DNA of 64,000 nt from Eledone cirrhosa (taxonomy: Eukaryota), in the NCBI GenBank assembly GCA_964016885.1, contig OZ024742.1:104966001-105030000 (forward strand), written 5' to 3'. Position numbers and translations under genes: made by a program. Each line of letters opens with the position of its first letter. The stretch's first letter is position 1. Positions 53,146 through 64,000 of this stretch are shown here, piece after piece. Below the pieces are notes generated by a model. That model made no database searches. It saw only the letters and a program-made list of their open reading frames with translations, and was not told the DNA's origin.

Positions 53146-54721
53146 AATATTAGTTATGTCCCTTTATGTTCTAAGTTCAAATGCTGTTGAGGTTAGCTTT
53201 ACCTTTCATCTTTACAGGGTCAATAAAATAAACTACCAGTAATGCACTGGAGTTGATTTAATCGATTTTCCCCTCCCCCAAAATATCAGCTTTGTTCCTA
53301 AATCAGAAACAATTATTATTATTGTTGCTGTTGTAGTGGTGTAAAATATTTCCAACAAATTTTTATGTTCATTTTTCTGTTAGCACAGAATGAAATTATT
53401 TGAGGCAGTTTTTTCTACAGTTAGATGCCCTTCAAAGTGTAAGCCCATAATTTATTGATAAGTATGGGATTTATGGCTTATCTTTCTCAAACCATGATGC
53501 TGTAGGATGAATTAACCATCCCCCAACTGCCGTTTAACATCCATTTTCCATGCTTGCATGGGTTAAACAGGTTGTCATGTACTGAGGCTACTCTTGCTCG
53601 CATGCTCTGTATTTGGCTTGGTTTCTTTCTAGGGCAAGATGTCCTTTGGCTAATGCCAACCATTTTGCAGCATGAACTGGGAGCATTCTATGATGACACT
53701 GGCACTATCACCATACATGGTGCACTGTGAATGCAGGACAAAAACAAATGTCACCACTTGATTTAAACTTTGATTATATGAAGTGCATGCAGAAAACCAA
53801 GCTTGCACTCACACAAGCAAACATACACACAGACATAACTATGCACACAGTCGCAGTCATGTGTACACACAGACATTCCTATAGTGTCTGTTAACTAAAT
53901 TCAATGACAGAATGGAACCTGAATCCACATAAAAAGCAAACATCTTAATTACACAGCCACACCTGCACTTGTATTGTATATATGTGTGCATGTGTGTGTT
54001 TATGTATGTACACATATGCATGTATAATCTACATTGTTAAGATGAAAGGCAAATTTGACTTGGGTGGGATTTGAATGTAAGATAACTGCAAATATTCATT
54101 TCTAATCTAAGCACAAGGCCAGCAAATTTGGAGAGGGGGAAGGCAAAGTTGATTAAATCAAACCCAGTATTTGATTGGTACTATATTTTATCGAATCTGG
54201 ATGGATGAAAGGCAAAGTTGACCTCAGCAAGATTTAAACATAAGATAACTACAAATATTTGTTTCTTAATTTATGCACAAAGGCAGAACATTTTTTTTTT
54301 GTGTGTGTGTGGGGGGGGGGGGGGGCACACAAAGTTGATTAAACTGACTCCAGTACGTGACTGGTACTTTATTTTATTGGTGCTGAAAGGCTGAAAGACA
54401 AAGTTGTATTTGAATGCAGGCTAACTACTAGTATTAGAATCCACTTGATGATTGAAATATCTGTTGATTTAATTTCGTTTTTAGTATCATATCAATATAT
54501 ATCTTTTTATCTTTCCAGGCATTATAAAATAAATACCAGTCAAGTACTAGAGGATCAATCTTAATTCACTATAACTTAGCTCAAAATTTTGAGACCTTAT
54601 AAACTATGTATATCAGAAATCAATCTTTATCATGTCATTTTATGATTTCTGAAAGGAAAAAGAGACAGAGAAAGACAGAAGAGAGAAGAAAGGAAAGAAG
54701 TAGAGAAGGGTGGAGAGGAAG

Positions 54722-54768
<47 letters not shown>

Positions 54769-55084
54769 ATAAATCAAAGTTTCTCCATTTTTGTTGAAGG
54801 CTTTGTGCAGAGTCAACAGACAAATTTCTTACTAGGTTTGACTTCCGCTTAGCTTAACACAACAACAACTATTATTACATCAGAAGCCACATCAGTAGAA
54901 ATTATAATAGCGATATAAATGATCAAGGTGGTGGTGGATGTAAAAGTGGTAGTAAGGTAGCAGTTGTTGTGTTGGTGATAGTAATGTAGTGGTAGTGTTT
55001 GTTGTTGTTGGTTGTAGTGGTTGTTGTGGTGGTCTTGGTGAGTTTTACTAGCTGTGATTATAGTAATCTAAAGTCTAAAGTCTG

Positions 55085-55351
55085 TCTTAAGCCAGAAGGC
55101 TCATTTGACCAGTGCTTATCCCAGTTTCATGGTGTGAAGCGACTGACAGTACAAGACTCCCTTCTGGACAGGATGCCACTCCATCACAGGGTTAAACCCC
55201 CAGCTATTGCTGGTACTTCTTTTCAGCTGAGTATACTGGAGCAACATAAAATGAAGTGTTTTGCTCAAGAACACAACACTCAACCCAGGAATTGAACCCA
55301 CAACATTCTGATCGTAAGTCCAACACCCTTACCACTAGGCCACGTGCCTCC
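55085..55351 (-). mobile_element. tRNA-derived SINE family D (head and CORE-like part shared with family B, different tail)
   Basis: Reverse complement 'ggaggcacgtggcctagtggtaagg..gggttcaattcc..cttgagcaaaacactt..aaccctgtgatggagtggcatcctgtccag..gaaactgggataagc'. Confidence 0.85.
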
Positions 55352-55599
55352 ATGATTATAATGATAGGGATATGTTAATAGGTGTGCTGGTGTTGGTAGT
55401 TGCAGTTAATGATGATGGTGGTGGTGTTGGTGCTGGCGATAGTTATGTTGGAGATACAGTTAATGGTGTTGGTAATGGTGGTTGTGAATGTGGTAATAGT
55501 GGTACTGGTAGATAGTGGTTGTGCTGACATTGTTGTTCATGATGGTGGTGATGATGGTGGTAATAGTGGTACTGGTAGTAGTTGTGTTGGTGTTGGTGA

Positions 55600-56495
55600 T
55601 GCTGGTAGAGTTGATGGTAGTGACTGTGTTGTTGTTATTGTGGTGGTGGTGCTGCTGGTGCTGGTAGAGTTGATGGTGGTGGTGGTGGTGGTGGTACTGG
55701 TGTTGGTGCTGGTAGAGTTGATGGTGGTGGTGGTGGTGGTGGTGGTACTGGTGTTGGTGCTGGTAGAGTTGATGGTGATGGTGGTGGTGGTGGTGGTGGT
55801 GGTGGTGGTGGTACTGGTGTTGGTGCTGGTAGAGTTGATGGTGATGGTGTTGGTGGTGGTGGTGGTGGTGGTGGTGGTGGTACTGGTGTTGGTGCTGGTA
55901 GAGTTGATGGTGATGGTGTTGGTGGTGGTGGTGGTGGTGGTGGTACTGGTGTTGGTGCTGGTAGCGTTGATGATGTTGTTGTTGGTGGTGGTGGTGGTGG
56001 TGGTGGTGGTACTGGTGTTGGTGCTGGTAGAGTTGATGGTGATGGTGGTGGTGGTGGTGGTGGTGGTGGTGGTACTGGTGTTGGTGCTGGTAGAGTTGAT
56101 GGTGGTGGTGGTGGTGGTGGTGGTGGTGGTGGTGGTACTGGTGTTGGTGCTGGTAGAGTTGATGGTGGTGGTGGTGGTGGTGGTGGTGGTGGTGGTGGTG
56201 GTGGTGGTGGTGGTACTGGTGTTGGTGCTGGTAGAGTTGATGGTGGTGGTGGTGGTGGTGGTACTGGTGTTGGTGCTGGTAGAGTTGATGGTGATGGTGG
56301 TGGTGGTGGTGGTGGTGGTGGTGGTGGTGGTGGTGGTGGTGGTGGTACTGGTGTTGGTGCTGGTAGAGTTGATGGTGGTGGTGGTGGTGGTGGTACTGGT
56401 GTTGGTGCTGGTAGAGTTGATGATGTTGTTGTTGGTGGTGGTGATGGTAGTGGTTGTGTTGTTGTTGGTTGGTGGTGCTGGTAGAGTTGATGACA
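55600..56495. repeat. Compound minisatellite: fixed ~30-bp core separated by variable (GGT)n
   Basis: About 13-15 copies of 'ggtactggtgttggtgctggtagagttgat' with (ggt)n of varying length. Confidence 0.95.
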
Positions 56496-56706
56496 TTGTT
56501 GTTGCTGTTGGTGGTGATGATGGTGGCAGCAGTGATGAAGGTGTCATTCACCTTTGAAATGGTAAACAAGCTTCATTAAAGGATTGTTAACTAGTGGGAG
56601 GTGACATTAGCGAAGGTGGGTTTGTAGGGAGGTGAATCTTTCAATTATTTTCTTCTGAGGAATCTGAGGCTGATAACGTGTGTATGTGTTCATTAGTGTG
56701 TGTGCA

Positions 56707-56880
<174 letters not shown>

Positions 56881-57027
56881 TATATATATATATATATATG
56901 TATATATAGATATGTATGTCATGCTAGCGTGGAAGATGGACGTTAAATGATGATGATGACGATGATGATGTATGTATGTATGTATGTATGTTTGCATGCA
57001 TTATGTATGTGTGTGTGTTGGTTTAGA

Positions 57028-57200
57028 TGCAGACATAGCCAAGTGGTTAAGCTGTTTGCTTTACAGTTATGAAGTCCCAGGTTCAATCCTACCAGGAGGT
57101 ATCTTGAGCAAGCACTTTTTACCACTGGCTCAGGTTACTCCACAAGTGGCAGATGAAGTTGGACAGATAGAAACTCTGTGAAAGTCATTAGATAGACTGC
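57028..57200 (+). mobile_element. tRNA-derived SINE family C, diverged
   Basis: 'gcagacatagccaagtggttaag..ggttcaatcctacc..cttgagcaag..gatagaaactctgtgaaagtc'. Confidence 0.7.
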
Positions 57201-57516
57201 ACCTGAATGACATCAAAGGGTCAACTTTGTCACACACACACTAACACAGGCACAAAAAAAAACTCTCACTGTACCATATTTCTAATGAATGGCATGGCCT
57301 GTGATTTTCAAAGCATTTTTTTTCAAAGGTTTTTACATAGAATTATGATGGAAGTTATAAAGTATGTTAAGTTAATGTAAGCTGTTTCAATGTAAGTATT
57401 TTACTCTGAAAAATAATCTAACATCCCTTGGGATGGAAAAAGTCTGACAATGCTGTCAACTTTTTCTATTTCTAGGAGCTTATATGCCCAACATTTTCAA
57501 ATATTTATAGTTGGCG

Positions 57517-57895
57517 TCTTCTTCGCCCACTTATTCTTAAGAGGGTCATGGGGGCTGAGTCCTCAAGTACTCTTTCCAATGGGTCCTGTCAAAAGTAACC
57601 ATCTCCAATTGATCCAACTGGTTCTCCAAGCAAGACTACTGAGCCCATGGATGTTATCCAACAATCTTGCTCAGGGTCTATACCATGATCTCCTGCTGGT
57701 AGGTTTTGTCGATAAAATCTGTCCAGCAATTTTTTCCTGAAACATTCTAACTACAATCTCGTAATATCAGAGTTGAGATCTCTCAATTTGAAGAAATAGC
57801 AGCTCTACTTGGGGTGACTCTGATCTCCAAGATATGCACTCTATCAAGTAAGATTACTCCAAAGACTCTTTGGAGGAATCCCATTTCAGTCGCTT
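57517..57895 (-). pseudogene. RTE LINE 3' end, family of 9770
   Basis: Colinear nucleotide similarity to 9770-10115. Confidence 0.85.
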
Positions 57896-59149
57896 GGTCA
57901 TATTCTTGCTTTACTACAGTCAAATAACTTAGGTTGAAACAGCTTACATCAAGTTAAGATACTTCCTAAATTCAAAATTTGCTTAACACTTCTTAAATAC
58001 AATTGATTTTTTATAAACTCTTTAGTATAAACAGCTTAGCATCATAGAACCAGGGCCGGTTTCAGACTGTTTGGTATCAAAAGAGTTAAAATCCTAAGTG
58101 TTTGTGGAGTGCTCAGCCACTTCAATGTTAATTTAATGAGTAGGAACTCCAGTTGATCAAACAACTGGTATAGCCATCATTTCAATCAATGGTGATCCAT
58201 CTATTTACTTTCATTTGTATGTGTATGTTGGTTTATACATATGTAGTGCTGTGTATGTGTGTATGTATTTCAGCATGTATGTGTGTGTATCAATGCGTGT
58301 ATGTGAGTATCAGTGTGTGTGTTGGTGTATAAGTGTACATTTTGTTTTATACATGTGTATGTATGTGTGTGTGTGTGTTTGTGAATACATGTGTATTTTA
58401 GTTTATATATGTGTGTGCATCAGTGAATGCTTGTAAGTGTGTATCAGTGTGTGTATGTTTGTTTATATGTATGTGTATGCTGGTGTATACATGTATGCAT
58501 GTGCATGCATGTGTGTGTCTATGTAAGCAAATGCCTTTATGTGAGTATATGTGCATTGATTTGTTCACGAGGAAATGTCTCTTAATATTCTCAGCATTTA
58601 TACTTATCTATGTATGCTACTAGGTTTCTCAGTATACATGCATCTATGTATGTAGATATGTATACATTTATATATGTATTAATGTGTGTAGGTGCATATG
58701 ACTCAAGATGCATATGCATTTCTGCTTCTGCATGTAATATTGCTTGTGCTGACGTTTGCATGTTTTATATTGCTTTTCAGGAAGTTAGGGACACATCATA
58801 ACCTATTGATTGATTAAAGGTTAACTTCATATGGTTGATAACTATGGGTAGTTGTCAAAATACAAGGATACATTTGTGTGCATTTGTGGAAAATCAGGAA
58901 GCAAAATACCCTCTTTGTGTCAAAAGAACAGAGTATTACTTTGGAGTAATCATAAACTACATCCTTAAGCTCACAGCCAGATCCTTACTTTTGGAGTAAT
59001 CATACTAGTAAACTATATCCATAACCTCACTTTAAGATGTTCACCTAGGATGCCAAAATGTCAAGTATCAGATGATATGGCAACATAAGAGTATTTGTAG
59101 TTCTTTGTGGTAGTCACATGGTTGGGAGTCGTTGTTGCTGCTCTACTTA

Positions 59150-59770
59150 TAATAGTGTGATTTGAGGGAGATTTTGCTGCTATTTCTAAAAGGTTAAGGT
59201 TGTACTTCTTTGAAATGGCATTCACTTTGAAGGGGATTGTTGTTTAACCCCAGGCTAGCTCTGATTGAGTGGACCTATGTTTAAAGTTATTCCAGCCATG
59301 ACTATCCTGTCTTTTTCCTATGTGCACAGAACCTAGGTTCACTATATATAATGTGTCCTTTTATAAAGCAAGTTGGGTGTCATTTCAAGAAGATTTGGTT
59401 ACTATTTCTATCAGGTGACTACATAGATGCTCTCTTGTTTGTTCATAGGGGTTGTAGTGGGCTGTTATGGTTGTGGTGGATGTATTGTATCACTTTTTTT
59501 CAGTTGTAACTTTTACCACAGAAGAATGGCTTCATGTACATTTTGGATAGCATCCCAGTTTTACAGAAGCTATCCTTCTTCAAGTTTAGTCCCATGTCAG
59601 CCCTGATTAAGTAGACTTAGGATCAAAGCATTCCAGCTATGATTATCCAATCTTTTTTAGACATAGTATTTCGAGCTATGTATCCTTTCTTAAAATGATA
59701 AAGTATGATGTGAGGGAAATTTGACTGCTGTTTCTAGCAGATTAAATGACCATGCAGAGTCTCCCTTGTT
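59150..59770. repeat. Unclassified repeat in 2-3 diverged tandem units
   Basis: Recurring 'gatttgagggagattt.gctgctatttcta' and 'ccc..g.cagccctgatt.ag..gac.tatg.t.aaag..attccagc.atga.tatcc'; inverse relatives at ~6720-6830 and ~7140-7200. Confidence 0.55.
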
Positions 59771-60399
59771 AGAGATTCTTTCTTCAACATCAAACATACG
59801 CCATGACAAAAACCATCAAAATCAAAGAGCTTGACTAGGAAGCCACATACAAACACCTGCCATGAGAGTAAAAATGGTACTAAATACATGAAATCAATTT
59901 GCAGCCATCGATACAATGTCTTTACCTGTAGTAATGTACAATTTCAACACCGTAATCTGAACAGTGAGTGAAATTAAGAAGGAAAAGGAAAGCAATCAAT
60001 TGACAAGATCCCAGATCTCATTCACTTAATGAGTTGGGTGGACCTCATCAAATCAGACCAAGGAGACAATGTTTTCATTGTTCTTTCCATTGCTGATACT
60101 ATCTACTAGTTGCAACACCTGGTAGAAAGTGTCTTGCTCGGTCCAGGAATCGAACTCACAACCTCACAATTATGAATCCAATTCTCTAACCACTCAGCCA
60201 CATACCTTCAATTAAGGAGCTAGTTATGAAAACAAGGCAAATTCTGATAGCCAAAATAACCATCCAAATGCAGATATTGACAAGATCAAAGGGAGGTAGA
60301 GTTCTTGCACTTGAAATAACCAGCATAACTACCACCATAGGTCTAGACACTTAATGTTCAACATCACAATTCTAGCAATTGTCAAAAATCACAAATGCA

Positions 60400-61210
60400 G
60401 GAAGAAGCTATATTTAATCATGAAAGACAAGAACATTCTCACAAGAATTATCCTTGAATAAAAATTAGACAACAATATCTTTTGCATGCAAAATAAAACA
60501 AAATAGCCACCAAAAAATAAGGAAAACTGTGGAAAAAAAATGTATGTACGGAAAATACACTCAAAGAACTAAAGAGGCAAATGTTGACAAACAAGAGACA
60601 AATCAATAGTTCAAAGTTAATAAACTCAAGCCAGAGACAAAGGAATTTATCACTGCTACCCAAGGTCAAGGTCTTTGCACCAAATCATATCATTATCACA
60701 TTATCAAAGATGACACAGACAAAATGTGGGACTTTTGAAGAAATAACTGACCATAATCTTCAGCTTAAAGAATTGACAAAAAGAAAAAAAAATGAATATA
60801 TCCACTGCCACAACAAGACAAAAGCATAACTGCACTGTAAAGTCTGCTGGGAATATAACATCAAAGATGCTGGAAAATAGTATGATCACAAACCAGAAAC
60901 ATTTGCCAAGAACAATATTTTTACCATCCTATGGGACATGCCAGTGCAGAAAGATAGGCAAAATCAAAGCAAAACTGTCAGACATCATAATCAAAAACAG
61001 CAAAGAAAAAGTATGTATACTGATTAATATGACCATAACACATTAGTTACATTCAAAGAAAAACTAAATATAAAGATGGTGAAATTGAGATCTCCAGAAT
61101 ATGGAACATGACCAGCTATACCATACCAGTAGTGACTGGTGGAAGTGGAATAATTAAAAAAGAGGTGAGAAAATTTGATCAACAAAATCTCAAAAAACAT
61201 TACCCTACAA
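60400..61210 (+). pseudogene. C-terminal restriction-like endonuclease region of an R4/Dong-like LINE (resumes at 62510-62560)
   Basis: KIKAKLSDIIIKNSKEKVCILINMT (cf. RPDI...IDMT) and KYKDGEIEISRIWNMT..TIPVVTGGSGIIKK; 'LQKA'-like segment resumes after the hAT insertion. Confidence 0.75.
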
Positions 61211-62501
61211 CAGGGGTCGGCAATTTCTTTGCCTCCACGGGCCAGATCGAGGGTTAATCACCGATAGTGGGCTGGATGAAGGCCATAAAAGAATAATTAT
61301 GGAAAATTACACAAGCAATGCTATATGGCAGTGAGTCATGGGCATTACGTGCAGAGGACCTGCGTAGACTGGAAAGAAACGAAGCATGCATGCTCCGTTG
61401 GATGTGTACTAGTAATATACGCGAACGGCAAAGCATAAATGAAGTAAGTGAGAAATTAGGAATAAGAGGGATCAGATGTTGTTTACTTGAGAGAAGACTA
61501 CGTTGGTATGGTCACGTGATGCGCATGAAAGACGACAGCTGTATAAAAAAATGTAGGGCAATCAAAACTGATGGTAGTTACGGAGTAGGCAGACCCAGAA
61601 AAACCTGGGATGATCTGATAAATTCCGACCTCACACACTTACATCTCTCTAAGACAATGTCTCTGGACCGAGATCTTTAGCGCTACGCAGTAATACAGAA
61701 TACCTGCCTTGCCTATGTACAAAGCAAAACCTACAGTCAGTAGGCACCTCTAAACCAAATATACACCTCAATCCACTACCCCTACCCTATCCCCCCACTC
61801 CCACCAACAGCACGAGAAAATGAGATCGAGATCGTATAGGTGTCACGACTAAAAACACACACAGTCCACGCTGTAATGTGGCCATGTAGGTAACTCGGTA
61901 AAAAGTTCCCAGTTCCACACTAAATGTGGTTGGTGTTATGAAGGGCATCCAGCTGTAGAAAACCTGCCAGATAGTCCTATATGAGTGAGACACGGTCACC
62001 CAACCAGCCTTGCCTCAAGCGGGACAACTCCCGTCTAACCCATGCTAGCATGGAAAATGGACGTTAAACGAAGATGATGATGATGATGATGATGTTGAAT
62101 ATACTATTCATTTCTCAAATCATGGATTATATTCCCAAATACCTCTGAATCCTGTGGTTTCCTTCCATGAAATGATGGAAAATGGGCATAATTTTATTTT
62201 TCGAAGTTGATGCTCCCACAACTGTAGCTTTAGCTTTTTTCAAAGGCAACAATATGGTTATACATTTCATTTATGAGCTGAGTTTTACTTTGAAGTTATA
62301 AATTTAAGTTATTTAAATGAGTCACAATATACACAATAAATGCCAAAGTTGTAACAGCAGGCCTTTTATTGTATTTGAAAGTCTCGTCTCTCATATTACA
62401 ATAAATTTAAATTTAACTCATTGGGCATTAGTTTTCGTGGGCCAGTCAAAATCCCTTCACAGGCCAGATCAGGCCCGTGGGCCGTAGGTTGTTGACTCCT
62501 G
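61211..62501 (-). mobile_element. Internally deleted hAT (Charlie/SPIN-like) element with transposase remnant and nested RTE LINE
   Basis: TIR caggggtcggcaa / gttgttgactcctg with ggcccgtgggcc subterminal motif; TSD ccctacaa/tcctacaa; minus-strand LAFIVYIVTHLNNLNL*LQSKTQLINEMYNHIVAFEK/KLQLWEHQL..HFP at ~62170-62350. Confidence 0.92.
61310..62094 (+). pseudogene. RTE LINE 3' end with full 3' UTR
   Basis: MLYGSESWAL..RLERNEACMLRWMC..RRLRWYGHVMRM..GVGRPRKTWDDLI; tail 'ggacgttaaacgaa(gat)n'. Confidence 0.93.
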
Positions 62502-62621
62502 TCCTACAAGGACTCCAAAAAGCAACCAACAATACATATACGATGGAGGATGCTGTCCTCAATGCAACAGTTTGGACCCAGTGATATGAAATGAAAGCAA
62601 GAGATTCAAAAATATAAAATT

Positions 62622-62835
62622 ATTTCTAACATTGACACAAGGCCAGCAATTTGGGGGAAGGGGAAAGTTGATTATATTGACTGCAGTACTTAACTGGTAC
62701 TTTATTTTATTCAGACCAGAAGAATGAAAGGCAAAGTTGACTCCGGTGGGATTTGAACTCAGAAATTTAAAGAGCTGGAACAAATATTGCAAGGCATTTT
62801 GACCAACACTCTAATAGTTCTACCAACTCACTGCT
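62622..62835 (-). mobile_element. SINE family A-related, diverged
   Basis: 'cacaaggccagcaatttggggg..ctggtacttt..gaaaggcaaagttgac..gggatttgaactcag'. Confidence 0.8.
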
Positions 62836-63048
62836 TAATAGTAATAACATTAATGGTGATTTCTTTAAACAAAGTCGCTTCCTCATATATTGGCTAGTCT
62901 CTATGGAAGGAGTGCCGTGGTAGTTAGCTTACCAGCTATCAGCCGTCCATGCTGCCTTCATCAAACCCTAATATGTTGTTGAATCAGTGCAATGATGTGT
63001 GAGTGTTGCTTGACGTTGAGTGAGTTATCTAGTGAGAGATTGATTAGG

Positions 63049-63248
63049 NNNNNNNNNNNNNNNNNNNNNNNNNNNNNNNNNNNNNNNNNNNNNNNNNNNN
63101 NNNNNNNNNNNNNNNNNNNNNNNNNNNNNNNNNNNNNNNNNNNNNNNNNNNNNNNNNNNNNNNNNNNNNNNNNNNNNNNNNNNNNNNNNNNNNNNNNNNN
63201 NNNNNNNNNNNNNNNNNNNNNNNNNNNNNNNNNNNNNNNNNNNNNNNN
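63049..63248. other. Assembly gap (200 N)
   Basis: Run of N; the round length suggests a scaffolding placeholder. Confidence 0.99.
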
Positions 63249-63715
63249 ACTCTTCACTTAGCCTTTTTTACCTCTCTTTTTTCCTTCATATGTATTTCAT
63301 GTACATAGCAGATCAATTACTTCTCTTACTGTGTCTTCTTATATGAGATTCCCCTTATACAGTTCTTCTCTTAACACATATACACACAATTGCATGCATA
63401 TATACATATTTGAACATGCTCCCAGTGGAGACTGAGCAAAAAAAATCAACTACCTCGGAACTATTCGATGTCTCAATGGGATATTCGATAGTGCTCATGT
63501 ATGTGATTTGGTTGGATACATTGCAAGTTAGATCTGACCCTATCGAACCATAAAAGCAGTTACAAACTTGACCATTTTAGAAAAGACTTGATAGCCATGT
63601 TCAACGAGTTATGACTGGATGAATAAAGGGTAGCTCCAGTAGCAGAGCATTTACAATTCAAAATTCAATAAGACCAGGGATTAGTATTATTAATATTTAT
63701 TTATGAATAAATAAA

Positions 63716-63917
63716 TAATTGTTTCTACTTCAGGCACAAGGCCAGCAATTTGCAGGGGGGGGGCGAGTTGATTAAATTGATCCCAGTGCATTACTGGTGC
63801 TTTATTTATCAACGCTGTAAGGATGAAAGGCAAAGCTAACCTCGGTAGGATTTGAACTCACAACGTAAAGGGCCATAACTCTGTGCTGCAAAGCATGGTG
63901 TCTGATGCTCTACCGAT
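63716..63917 (-). mobile_element. SINE family A, longer subtype
   Basis: Matches 7385-7600 and the family A consensus. Confidence 0.88.
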
Positions 63918-64000
63918 ATATATATAAATATATATGGAAGATAGACGTTAAATGATGATGATGATATATATATATATATATATAAATCAAGATGGATTCA

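Noticed and set aside
62961-63261. ORFs spanning the N run
   Set aside because: Artefacts of the assembly gap.

Overview
AT-rich, gene-poor eukaryotic DNA. The dense (TA)n/(CA)n/(GAT)n microsatellites and the SINE/LINE families suggest an octopus-like cephalopod genome (inference). I found no supportable host protein-coding exon; almost all ORF-track entries are microsatellite translations or transposon debris. The window holds decayed LINEs (several RTE-type, one R4/Dong-like RT plus its RLE domain, one CR1/Zenon-like), at least four tRNA-derived SINE types, mariner and hAT transposase remnants, and hAT, piggyBac-like, Tigger-like and mariner MITEs, often nested three deep. The most notable structures are: (i) a (TA)n-embedded element with a perfect 127-bp inverted repeat whose arms each carry a minimal type I hammerhead ribozyme (U3-A8 variant), Penelope-like; (ii) two shorter (TA)n-embedded hairpin elements with the same architecture and a shared motif; (iii) a 1.8-kb, 48-bp minisatellite grown from a module of a retroposon 3' tail and bracketed by inverted tails. 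There is a 200-N assembly gap at 63049-63248. All calls were made by eye, and boundaries of decayed elements are approximate.
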